From: an uncultured Planctomycetaceae bacterium
Lineage (GTDB): Bacteria > Planctomycetota > Planctomycetia > Planctomycetales > Planctomycetaceae
Assembly: GCA_963813715.1 (NCBI GenBank)
Contig: CAWFAK010000007.1
Span: 288,001 to 352,000 of the forward strand
DNA: 64,000 nucleotides
Reading direction: 5' to 3'
Shown here: piece after piece, positions 54,456 through 64,000 of the stretch
Layout: each line of letters starts with the position of its first letter
Position numbering within the stretch: the first letter of the stretch is position 1
Notes under the pieces: generated by a model
The model's input: the letters and a program-made list of their open reading frames with translations, nothing else
Told to the model about the DNA's origin: nothing
Databases searched by the model: none
Program-made: the position numbers and the translations under genes

Positions 54456-55255
54456 GGATGCGTTTCCAACTGCGTCGCGGCGACGACGGCCAGGCCTTGC
54501 AGCGAAAGTTGGGGCTTCCACAACGCGCCGGGCAAGTGATCGGTGAGCAGCGACGCGCCGCCACCGGTCAGGAGCAAGAACGGCTCGGACGACCAGCGTC
54601 GGCTGAGCCGCTCGGTCAGCTCCTTGATCGCTCCCACCTGCCCCCACAGCAGGCCGCTCCGCAGGGCTTCGCGCGTCCCCTGCCCCAGCGGCTCGTGCGA
54701 TTCCTCGACCAGCTCATCGACCGAGATATAGGGAAGCAGCTCGGTGTATTGATGCAGGGCCCGCGCACACAACTCGAACCCCGGCAGAATCGCGCCGCCT
54801 TCGAAAGCTCCGTCGGCCGAGATGGCGTCAACGCACGTCGCTGTCCCCGTGTCGATGACGAGCGCCGGTCGCCCGGGCGGACGAATCACATTGCAGGCCA
54901 CCGCCTTGAGGATGCGGTCCATGCCGGCGTTCTTGGGCGCTGTCGGCCGAATCGAGCTGGGGATCCGCGACAGTTCGTTGACGGTCGTTGGCGCCGGCCA
55001 TTCCGGCGGCCAGCCTTCGATCAGGCCGGCAATCCCATTCGGATGACTGCCCGAAAAATAACCACGCACGACCGTGTCGCACGGTAGCGACAACCGCTCG
55101 CGGACGATCTCCCACGCGACCGATTGTCCGTGCGGCACGGCGAGCTGGGCGCAGCACTCGGGAAGCAAGCCCGGCGTCGAAACGCTGGCGGACAAAAACA
55201 GGCCGAACTTTGTGCGGCTGTTGCCGACGTCCACGCAGAGCACGGGATCGCTCAT
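54452..55255 (-). CDS. coaX: Type III pantothenate kinase
   Basis: VDVGNSRTK, GMDR, VIDTGTAT, GGAILPG, LTGG. Confidence 0.92.
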   Translation of the reverse strand: MSDPVLCVDVGNSRTKFGLFLSASVSTPGLLPECCAQLAVPHGQSVAWEIVRERLSLPCDTVVRGYFSGSHPNGIAGLIEGWPPEWPAPTTVNELSRIPSSIRPTAPKNAGMDRILKAVACNVIRPPGRPALVIDTGTATCVDAISADGAFEGGAILPGFELCARALHQYTELLPYISVDELVEESHEPLGQGTREALRSGLLWGQVGAIKELTERLSRRWSSEPFLLLTGGGASLLTDHLPGALWKPQLSLQGLAVVAATQLETHP

Positions 55256-55268
55256 CGACGCTCCCGAA

Positions 55269-56441
55269 TCAAGAGACGGGCGCCGCCAGCCGTTCGCGGA
55301 TTTGCGCGTTCACCACTTGCCCGTCCCGCGTGATCAGCGTGTCCCGCACGATCTCGTCCTGGGTGTCGATCGCCGGCAGCCCGTTCTTCTTCAGCAGCGT
55401 GAGGAAGGCCGTGACGTTCCGCGAAAACATCTGGCTGGCGTGATGAGCCACCGTCGCCGGCAGATTCACCGGTCCGAGGATGACGACCCCGCCGACCTCG
55501 ATCGTCTCTCCGGCCCGCGTCGCCTCGCAATTGCCGCCGCGTTCCGCCGCCAGGTCGACGATCACCGAGCCGGGAGTCATTCCGACCAGCATATCGTTGG
55601 TAATCAGCACGGGGGCGCGCTTTCCGGGAACGGCGGCAGTCGTGATGACGACGTCGCTCTCGCCGACGACTTTGGCCATCGCCGCTTGCTGACGCTTATA
55701 AAAGTCCTGGTCCATCGCCCGGGCGTAGCCCCCCTGCCCTTCGGCCGATTCGAGACCGAAGTCGACCGGCTTGCCGCCGACGCTTTGAATTTGCTCGCGG
55801 GCCGCGGGACGCACGTCGTACCCGTAGACGATGGCCCCGAGCCGCCGCGCCGTCGCGATGGCCTGCAAGCCCGCCACGCCCGCGCCAACGACGAAGACCC
55901 TCGCGGGCGTCAGCGTGCCGGCCGCCGTCATCATCATGGGGAACATCCGCGGCGAGGCTTCAGCCGCCAGCAGCACCGCCTTGTAACCGGCCACCGTCGC
56001 CATCGACGACAAAACATCCATCGACTGCGCCCGCGTGATGCGGGGCAATAGCTCCAAGGCAAATGTCGTGACGCGCCGCTCGGCCAGCGCCGCAATCGGC
56101 CGCGGATCGGACAGTGGATCACAGAGCGCAACCAGGATTCGATTTTCCCGCAGGCTCTCGCCGACGGCAAACGGTTCCTGGGGATCCGCGGCGCCCGCGC
56201 GGACGTGAACGATGACCTCGGCCGCGGCGAGCTCGGCGCGATCGGCAGCGATCCGCGCCCCTTGCTGAGTGTATTGCGCGTCGAGAAAGCCGGCGTGCAG
56301 CCCGGCGTTGGTCTCGACCAGGACTTCAAAGCCGGCCTTCTTCAGGCTGCGCACGTCCGCGGGGACGATGGCCACCCGCCGCTCTTGGGCCGACGTCTCC
56401 TTGGGAACGCCGACGGTCAGCGAGGAAGTGTCGGAAGGCAT
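55269..56441 (-). CDS. pntA: NAD(P) transhydrogenase alpha subunit, soluble domain I (PntAA)
   Basis: PKE..ERRVA, PRITRAQSMDVLSSM, MMMTAAGT, GAGVAGLQAIATA, DLAAERGGNCE. Confidence 0.92.
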   Translation of the reverse strand: MPSDTSSLTVGVPKETSAQERRVAIVPADVRSLKKAGFEVLVETNAGLHAGFLDAQYTQQGARIAADRAELAAAEVIVHVRAGAADPQEPFAVGESLRENRILVALCDPLSDPRPIAALAERRVTTFALELLPRITRAQSMDVLSSMATVAGYKAVLLAAEASPRMFPMMMTAAGTLTPARVFVVGAGVAGLQAIATARRLGAIVYGYDVRPAAREQIQSVGGKPVDFGLESAEGQGGYARAMDQDFYKRQQAAMAKVVGESDVVITTAAVPGKRAPVLITNDMLVGMTPGSVIVDLAAERGGNCEATRAGETIEVGGVVILGPVNLPATVAHHASQMFSRNVTAFLTLLKKNGLPAIDTQDEIVRDTLITRDGQVVNAQIRERLAAPVS

Positions 56442-56515
56442 GCGCTCGGGTCGTCCATCAATGGGGGCTGCACGGTTCGCTCAATCTTATAGCCAAAGGT
56501 CGGTGCTCCCGACAG

Positions 56516-57444
56516 TCACCCCGCGGTCGCCGTTGCGGCCGTCCAATTGGCCAGCGGCAACGTCAGCCAGAGCACGTAGGCGATCGGCCCGGCGTAGACG
56601 ACGCTGTCGGTCAGATCGATCAGGCCGCCGAACCCGGGCATCAGCGCGGCCGCGTCTTTTTTGCCGAGATCGCGCTTGATCAACGACTCGCACAGATCGC
56701 CGACGAGGCCGGCAATCGCCACGATCACGCCGTAAAGAACGCAGACCAGCCAATCGCCGCCCGTCCAGCTCCCGCCGAACAAACGCGGTGCGTACTGCAG
56801 CCAGGCCCACGCCCCCAACCCGCCGACGACGACCGCGCCCACCGCGCCGGCCCAGGTCTTGCCCGGGCTCAACAGCGGCGACATTTTGCGTCGGCCAAAC
56901 AAACGCCCAAAGGTGTAGGCCCCGGTGTCGCCGCATTTGGCCGCGACGATCAGCGATCCCAGCACGTAGTAGCCTCGCGACTGTTCGACGGCACCCGTGC
57001 GCTCAGCCCGATCCACCGGAGCCGCACCGTCAGGCACAAGAGCAGACCGGCGTACGCGACAATGAGCAATTCGGCGCCGAGCGTCTCCATCCGACTGCCG
57101 GGAGCCCGGTAGCGAAACGCGTTCGACGCCAATAGCCACACCAAAGCCAGCCCGAAAACGACCGCCGAATCAAAACCGGCGCCGGCGACGGACTCGAGCC
57201 CGGCGATGTGCGGCAACCACGCCGACGCCACGACGATTCCCGCCAGCGCCGCCGTTTGGGGAAAACTCGGCGCGAACGAGCGCGTGCGAAACAGGTTGAC
57301 CAATTCCCACGCCGAGCGGACCGCGATCAAGAGCCCGAGACAAAGGAGCGCCGGCGCGGAGGGGCCGAGGCGGGCATCGAGGTAGAACAGGCCGACGAAG
57401 GCCGGGATCAGCACGGCCGAGACCAGGAGTCGCCAAGCCAGCAT
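56516..57444 (-). CDS. cdsA: Phosphatidate cytidylyltransferase (apparent frameshift near 57000)
   Basis: DTGAYTFGRLFG, SPGKTW, GDLCESLIKR..KD...PGFGGLID. Confidence 0.9.
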
Positions 57445-57450
57445 TCCCGG

Positions 57451-58212
57451 TCAGTCCTTCAGCCCGCCGAAGCGGCGGTCGCGCACGGCAAAATCACGCA
57501 GCGCCTGGATCAGCTCTTTGCGGCGAAAGTCGGGCCAGCAGGTTTCGGTCACCCATAACTCCGCATAGCTGATCTGCCACAGCAGAAAATTGCTGACGCG
57601 CATTTCACCCGCCGTGCGAATCACGAGATCCGGATCGACGATGCCGGCCGTATACAGATGCGAGCTCATGACCTCTTCGGTGACTTCATCGGGATCCATC
57701 TGGCCGCATTCGACCTTACGGGCAATCTCGCGGACCGCGTCGACAATTTCCGACCGCGCGCCGTAGTTGAGCGCCAGGCACAAACCCATCCCCGTGTTGG
57801 GTCGGCTGAACTCGATGGTGCGGTCGACCTCCGCCAGCACGCCCTTGCCCAGTCCGTCGCGCCGCCCGATGGTGGTGAAGCGGATCTGCTGACGCATGAT
57901 CTCGGATCGTTCCTCGATCACGTATTGCTCGAGCAGGTGCATCAGCAGGCTCAGTTCGTGCCGCGGACGCTTCCAGTTCTCGCTGCTGAAGCAATAAAGC
58001 GTCAGCTGTTCGATGCCCAGGCGGCAGCACTCTTCCACGAGCAGCCGCACGCTTTTTACGCCGCGGCGATGCCCCTCGATGCGCGGCAGGCCGCGGGAGT
58101 TGGCCCAACGGCCGTTCCCGTCCATGATGACCGCGATGTGGCGCGGGAGGCGGTTGGGATGCAGCCCCTCCGCGGCAAGCTCGTCGGTCGTATAGGTCGT
58201 TAAGGTCGGCAC
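57451..58212 (-). CDS. uppS: Undecaprenyl diphosphate synthase (cis-prenyltransferase)
   Basis: HIAVIMDGNGRWA, FSSENWKRP, NYG, DLVIRTAGEMRVSNFLLWQ; start approximate. Confidence 0.93.
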   Translation of the reverse strand: MPTLTTYTTDELAAEGLHPNRLPRHIAVIMDGNGRWANSRGLPRIEGHRRGVKSVRLLVEECCRLGIEQLTLYCFSSENWKRPRHELSLLMHLLEQYVIEERSEIMRQQIRFTTIGRRDGLGKGVLAEVDRTIEFSRPNTGMGLCLALNYGARSEIVDAVREIARKVECGQMDPDEVTEEVMSSHLYTAGIVDPDLVIRTAGEMRVSNFLLWQISYAELWVTETCWPDFRRKELIQALRDFAVRDRRFGGLKD

Positions 58213-58376
58213 GGGCGGCGCTTCGGTGGCAGACAGCGGATCGTCGATCCCCTTATTTTGCGCAGAAGCAAAGGGCTCGCCAAGACCACCACGCCGCGGG
58301 ATCAACGCAGCCGTTTCGTAACCGGCACAATCCCGCTGAAACCAGCCGAAAACCGTCTGTTTTCAGCAGCCGGGCG

Positions 58377-58616
58377 TTATTGCAAGAGGAGCGGCTCAGC
58401 AGCCTGCGGCTCGGAGGCCTGCGCGTCGGCGACGAGTTCTTCCTGGTCGTCTTCTTGAGCGTCGTCCCAGTAGAGCGTTTGTTCCCAATATTGCGGATCG
58501 TGCTTCGGGGAGGAGATGGCCAACCGCACAAAGTTTTTGCAAATGTCCAATACCGTCACGTGAATGTCGCTGCCGATTACCAAGCTCTCGTTCACTCGAC
58601 GGGTAATCATTTGCAT
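58377..58616 (-). CDS. CsrA-like carbon storage regulator paralogue
   Basis: MITRRVNESLVIGSDIHVTVL....VRLAI..P pattern; divergent acidic C-terminus. Confidence 0.75.
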   Translation of the reverse strand: MQMITRRVNESLVIGSDIHVTVLDICKNFVRLAISSPKHDPQYWEQTLYWDDAQEDDQEELVADAQASEPQAAEPLLLQ

Positions 58617-58928
58617 TGGGCCGCCTCTTGATTTCTGAATGGCCTTAGGGGAACCTGAAACCGCTCACGACAGCTCAAAAACAAATCGGCGACGTTCGCC
58701 GCACGAAACGAACGGTCACACAAAACAAAAAAAGAGACGAGCGCCGAGCCATCGACCCGCGCTGCCACTTGTCGACACGACTTGTAAAATTTTGAGACTG
58801 CGCTGTGACGGCGTCATTCTGCCGTGCGCTCGCAACGAGAACAAGCACCAACTAGCAGCTTTTTTTTTAATGAACGAAGCCGCGCATCGCCACTTGACAA
58901 TTCACATCAATCCGATTCCGAACTCATC

Positions 58929-59931
58929 ATGAAGCTCTTGGTATTTCCACCAGTCGACGACGAACGACTCGCGCAGATCGTGAACGCCGCCGGCGCAATG
59001 TCGGTCGTCAACGCAGAGGACGACGCCGACGCGCTCGCTCAGATCGTCGACGCCGACGCGTTCTTCGGCAAGATCACGCCGGCGCTGCTCGCGCGCGCCA
59101 GTCGGCTCCGCTGGGTGCAGTCGCCGACGGCGAGCCTCGAGCATTACCTGTTCGATGAGCTGGTCGCGCACCCCTGCGTGCTGAGCAACATGCGGGGCCT
59201 GTTCTCCGACGTCATCGCCGATCACGTGATGGGCTTCGTGCTCTCCTTCGCGCGGAACCTGCATCTCTATCGCGACCGGCAGCAGCGGCATCGATGGGAG
59301 CCGATCGGCGGCGAAGTCGGCCGCTCCGATTTCCTTTACGGCCCTGCCTTCGTCAGCGAGATCGATCGCCGGCACCTGCACCTTTCCGACTGTACGCTGG
59401 GCGTGGTCGGCGTCGGCAACATCGGGGCGGAAATCTGCCGGCGGGCCGCCGCCTTCGGCATGAAAATCCTCGGCGTCGACCCGCGTTGCCGCAGCGTTCC
59501 CGGCGTTTTGGCCGAAGTTTGGCCGTCGGATCGGCTGTTCGATCTGCTGCGCCAGAGCGACTTTGTGGTGATCGCCGCCCCGCACACGCCGGAAACCGTC
59601 AAGCTCTTCCGCCGCGATAAATTCGAGGCGATGAAGCCGACGGCCTACCTGATCAACATCGGCCGCGGGGCGATCGTCGATCTGGCCGACCTCGTGGCCG
59701 CTCTGCGAAGCCGGACGAATCGCGGGGGCCGCGCTCGACGTCTTCGAAACCGAGCCGCTGCCGCCCGATTCGCCCCTCTGGTCGATGCCCAACGTGATCA
59801 TCACGCCGCACATTGCGGCTGCGTCGACCCACATCGCCGAGCGGCATCTGCAGACGCTGCTGGAAAACATACGCCGCTTCGTCGCCGGACAACCGCCGCT
59901 GACGCTGGTCGACAAGCGGCAGTGGTTCTGA
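58929..59931 (+). CDS. D-2-hydroxyacid dehydrogenase (apparent frameshift near 59715)
   Basis: GVGNIG, PHTPET, INIGRG, then LDVFETEPL and ITPHIA in the shifted frame. Confidence 0.9.
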
Positions 59932-59943
59932 CAAGTCCGGACT

Positions 59944-60676
59944 TCAGCCGCGGCCGAGGTAGGTCTGGTCGCGCGGCAGTACGATCGCTTCGAGGAAGTT
60001 GACGTCGTCGGGGAGCGTGACCATCGAGAGCGCCGCTTGCGCGACGGTCTCGGTCTCCATCATCGGCTCGTTATTTACGGGGACCCGCGGGTCGGAACGC
60101 CACTCGACGCGGATGTTACCCGGATGGAGGCAACTGCACAGGATGTTGTGCGGCCGGCCGTCGAGGGCCGTGGCATTGGTCAGCCCCCACAGCCCGAACT
60201 TCGCCGACGTGTAAGGCGCGCTCCCCTCGCGCGGCCGCTGCGCCGAGATCGAACCGATATTCAGAATGCGACCGCCCCCCTGTGGCACCATGATGCGAAA
60301 CGCGGCCCGGCTGCAGAGAAATGCGCCCGTCAGGCACGCGCCGATCACGTTGTTCCAATTGGCCAGCGTCAACTGGTCGATTCGCCCCGCGTCGAAGTTG
60401 CCCGCATTGTTCACCAGGATGTCGACGCGGCCGAAGCGTTCCATCACGTCTTGGAAAAACTTTTCGACGGCCGCTTCCTGCCCCACGTCGACCGGCCGAT
60501 CCAGCACGTCGACGCCCCTTGCCCGCAGCTCATCGGCGGTGGCCGTCAGCTTGGCCGCGTTTCGCGCACAGAGGGCAAGCCGTGCCCCCTCGGCCGCGAA
60601 CAGTTTGGCAATTCCCTTGCCGAGCCCCTGATTTCCCCCGGTGATGACGGCGACTTTTCCTTCGAGTCGGACGCAT
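59944..60676 (-). CDS. Short-chain dehydrogenase/reductase
   Basis: TGGNQGLG, NNAG, YTSAK; ATG 60676 has an RBS but is one frame off (probable indel). Confidence 0.9.
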
Positions 60677-60827
60677 AGTTGTCCCTCGCTGTATGAGCTG
60701 ATTTCTGGTGCCGTTAAGCCGCGCGATCGAGCGACCGGCGGGCTTTTGCGAAAAATCTTGCCAACCGAAAAATCGGCCCTGATTGACGCCGTTTTGCGCT
60801 CGAACTGCAAGGCTCAGCGAGCGAAAC

Positions 60828-61792
60828 TCAGCCGGCGGCCAGGATCTCGGGGAGCCGACTCAAATCGAGATTTCCGCCCGACACGATGGCGACCACCGTT
60901 TTTCCGGCCCACCGCTCGCGCGTCTTGATCGCACCGGCCAGAGCGGCCGCGCCGGCACCCTCAGCGATGTTGTGCGTCTGCTCGAGAATCAGGCGGCAGG
61001 CGCGACGCAGCTCGTCGTCGCTGACCAGCACCACGTCGTCGAGCACGCTCCGCATCAGCTCGAGCGTGAGGTTGGCGGGACGGCGCGTCGCCACGCCCTC
61101 GGCCCACGTGGCCGCTTCTGCCGTCTCCTGCCACTGCCCCGTTTTCCAGGACTGGCTGACGGCGCTCGCTCCCTCGGCCTGCACGCCGATGACTTTCGTG
61201 TTTGGCCCCCGCGCCGCGCGACAATCCCCGCGCCGCACACGCCGCTCCCCAGGCCGATCGCCACGAAGATCACGTCCGGTGGCTCGGGAAGCCGGTCGAA
61301 GATTTCGACGCCCATCGAGCCGACGCCGGCGATCAGTTTCGGCTCGTTGGCCGAATGCACGTAGCGGCCGCCGCGGGGCGCCACCATCTTTTCGAGATAG
61401 TCGCGGGCTTCGTCGAAGTCGCGGCCGTGCTCGATCAACTCGGCCCCGAAGAGACGAATGGCCCGATTCTTTCCCGGGTTATTGCCTTCTGGAACGACGA
61501 TCGTGCAGCGAACCCCGAAACGCCGGGCCGCGAACGCCAGCGACTGCCCATGATTGCCCGTCGAGCAGCCGATGATGCCCGCCTCCCGCTCCGCCGGCGA
61601 AAGCGTGCTCACGAGATTGATTCCGCCGCGGACTTTGAACGCGCCGGTCGGTTGGTGATTCTCGTGCTTGAGATACAACCGGCAGCCGAGCAACTCGGAA
61701 AGCCCCGGCCACTCGAGCAGCGCAGTCGGTGTGAGGGCCGCGTGAACTCGCGGCAACGCCTCGACGACGTCGGCGTACGTGACGGAAGGCAT
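60828..61792 (-). CDS. PLP-dependent threonine/serine dehydratase family protein (apparent frameshift near 61215)
   Basis: KHENHQPTGAFKVRG, STGNHG, IGLGSG, EGAGA, SGGN. Confidence 0.9.
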
Positions 61793-61989
61793 GCGAACTC
61801 TTTGCTCGGGGGAGGGACAACTGCCTCGCGAATCCGCAGCGCGAACAGCCAGGCCGAACTCGACCGGCCTGCGCCGAGTCTCCCGCTTTCCGACCGGCGT
61901 TTCAATTGCCAGTCGGGGGAGGGATCGCAATCGCCGGCCGCGTCCGGATTCGACAACCAGACACGCGTCCCGCACCGAGGTTCGCCCGC

Positions 61990-63448
61990 TTACGCCGCGC
62001 CGAAATAATTCTCGGCGGCTTCGTCGATGTATTCGACCTTCAACTCGAGCGGCACGCCGCAGAAGTCGCAGTGATGCCGCACCTGGGCCAGAATGTCGCG
62101 GACGTGGCAATAGCGGAAATGGCGGTCCATCGAGCGGAAATAGGTCTCGATCAGGTGTTCGAGCACCGTCTCGTCGGGCCGAATCCCCATTTTCACGCAG
62201 CTCTCGTTGAAGAGCTGGCGAAACTCGATCTCCGACGGACCGCGGACGTCGATCTTGTACGGGATGCGGCGGAGAAAGGCCTCGTCGACCAGGCCCTTGG
62301 GGTCGAGGTTCGTGGAAAAAACGACCAGCTGATCGAACGGAGCCTGCAGCTTCTTGCCGCTCGGCAGGCTGAGGTAGTCGTACCGCCGCTCGAGCGGCAC
62401 GATCCACCGGTTCAAAAGCTGATCGACCGAGATCCGCTGGCGACCGAAGTCGTCGATGACCAGCGTGCCGCAGTTGCTCTTGATCTGCAGCGGCGCTTCG
62501 AGAATGCCGAGCGCCCGGTTCGGTTGGACTTCCAAGTGCTCCATCGTCAGTTCGCCGCCAACGACCACCGTCGGCCGCGTGATGCAGACCCAGCGGTGGT
62601 CGATCTGCCGCAGCTTTTCGTCGTCGCCGATCTGGCTCATCGGCAGCGCGTTGTGCACGCACGGATCGTACACGCGGATGATTTCCCCGTCACAATCGAT
62701 GGCTCGCGGAATCCAGATCGTATCGCCGTAGGCCGCCGTCAGCCGCTCGGCGATGCTGGTCTTGCCATTGCCGGGCGCTCCGTAAATGAACATGGCCCTG
62801 GCTTCGACAAGCGCCTTGCCGATGCGGATGCACAGCGGTGTCGGCACCGATAGGTCGCTCAAAGCAGCTTGCACCTGCGGCAGCGTGATCCGCGTGCGGG
62901 TCATCGACTGAGCGCCCACGGCCGCGACATAATCGGCAAACGGCACGGGAGCCGCGCCGAAGTAGGTCGACCGCTCGTTGCACTGCTTGGCCGCCTCGAT
63001 CCCCTTGTTGGTGATCGAATACTCGTAGTCCGACACCGAGGAGTTTCGCACAATCACAATCCGTTGCGACGTCTTCAGCCCCTGAAACATCGCCTGCAGG
63101 ATGCCAAAGGGGAGACGCAGCTGCTCCGCGATGTCCCGCCCCGACTGTACGCCCCGCCGGAACAAAAACTTGAGGATCAAATCCTCGACCTCGGTCTCCG
63201 TGAGGCCGGCGTCCTCTAGCGATTTGGGTGCTGCGGGCACGAAGTTCTCCAGACGGGTCGACATGACCCGCGGGTTCAACGCGCGGAGCCTCGACCGGCG
63301 AGGCCGCCCGCGGCGCGCGACGCCGTTCGACTGGTCGCGGCTGCGGCTCGCCGAAGATCGAATCCAAGAGCGACACCTTGGGCGCGTCGACCTCGGGCAA
63401 CACGGTTCCCTCGACGGACGATCCGGAACCAACGCTGGATTGAGCCAT
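61990..63448 (-). CDS. P-loop AAA+ ATPase of unknown function
   Basis: Walker A GAPGNGKT, Walker B LVIDDFG, STN, DEAFLRRI; starts at ATG 63263, or at 63448 with an indel. Confidence 0.85.
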
Positions 63449-63872
63449 GGACAAACTCGTTGTGCTTGAGGACGCGCGTAGATTAGGGACGCAGGACACC
63501 AATGCGAATTCCCAGCGAGTTAGCCGGCGTCAATTCGCGGGGCGATCCGAGTTCCCCCTTCTGTCAGGAGATTTCGTACGCGCAAGGCACTGTAAAAATG
63601 GGCCGGGAAACGCGCCATGCAACGGCAAAAGATGCACGCCCTGTAACAAAGGCTGAGTTGGTCGGCTCCGTTTTCAGCAAATCCGCGCCAAACGGTCTAT
63701 CCGGTCGAGTCATTTCGACGCGCGGGCCACTCAGCCGGCTTTCAGTCGCCGCAGCTCGGCATCATCCGCCGCAGGTCGACGCCCTGCTCTGCAAACCCCC
63801 GCTCGGCCGGGGCAAAACCACTGGAAGCAAATCCATCCACGAAGTATGATTCGTGCGACGCTGGCGTCACTC

Positions 63873-63959
63873 GGAGAGGTGACAGAGTGGCCGATCGTGC
63901 TGGTCTCGAAAACCAGTGTGCATGCAAGTGCACCGTGGGTTCGAATCCCACCCTCTCCG
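63873..63959 (+). tRNA. tRNA-Ser(CGA)
   Basis: GGAGAGG/CCTCTCC acceptor stem, CTGGT-CTCGAAA-ACCAG anticodon arm, long variable arm, GGTTCGAATCC; CCA not encoded. Confidence 0.95.
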
Positions 63960-63972
63960 CTGCTCAAAGAAC

Positions 63973-63998
63973 AGCCATCGAAAGTCGATGGCTTTTTT
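63973..63998 (+). terminator. Intrinsic terminator after tRNA-Ser
   Basis: AGCCATCGA-AAG-TCGATGGCT followed by TTTTT. Confidence 0.8.
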
Positions 63999-64000
63999 CA

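Noticed and set aside
57451..58212. uppS as prenyl donor for the terpene-synthase-like gene
   Set aside because: It lies over 50 kb away in the standard uppS-cdsA housekeeping context.
63873..64000. tRNA-Ser as integration site of an island in this window
   Set aside because: No duplicated tRNA 3' end or integrase was seen; upstream genes look like core genes and the downstream region is outside the window.

Overview
High-GC bacterial chromosomal segment, very likely Planctomycetota: it has a DUF1559 prepilin-like gene, an ECF sigma/Ser-Thr kinase pair, and PQQ-propeller and redoxin multidomain proteins. Many genes are split by single-base indels and there is a 30-nt poly-G run, so the sequence looks like an error-prone long-read consensus. 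I joined the split genes and do not call them pseudogenes. About 48 CDS were recognised, plus tRNA-Ser(CGA), one IS481-family element inserted into a GTAG-type REP, a family of GGGTG-headed palindromic repeats, and a tandem duplication of about 0.63 kb. Best candidate for a new system (1-6392): an operon encoding a class I terpene-synthase/prenyltransferase-fold protein, a membrane-embedded hybrid histidine kinase and an HD-GYP response regulator. It has a long GGA-rich leader and a divergent stand-alone RibB, and is arranged like a synthase-sensor-effector (quorum-sensing-like) cassette that may use an isoprenoid signal. Other candidates: an FkbH-ACP-MBOAT module (probable glyceryl decoration of an envelope polymer) beside a YfhO-like GT-C protein, an ECF/kinase locus divergent from PQQ, EF-hand and YHYH genes, and an MntR-linked His-rich DUF1559 gene. 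All calls come from reading motifs by eye; no searches were run.
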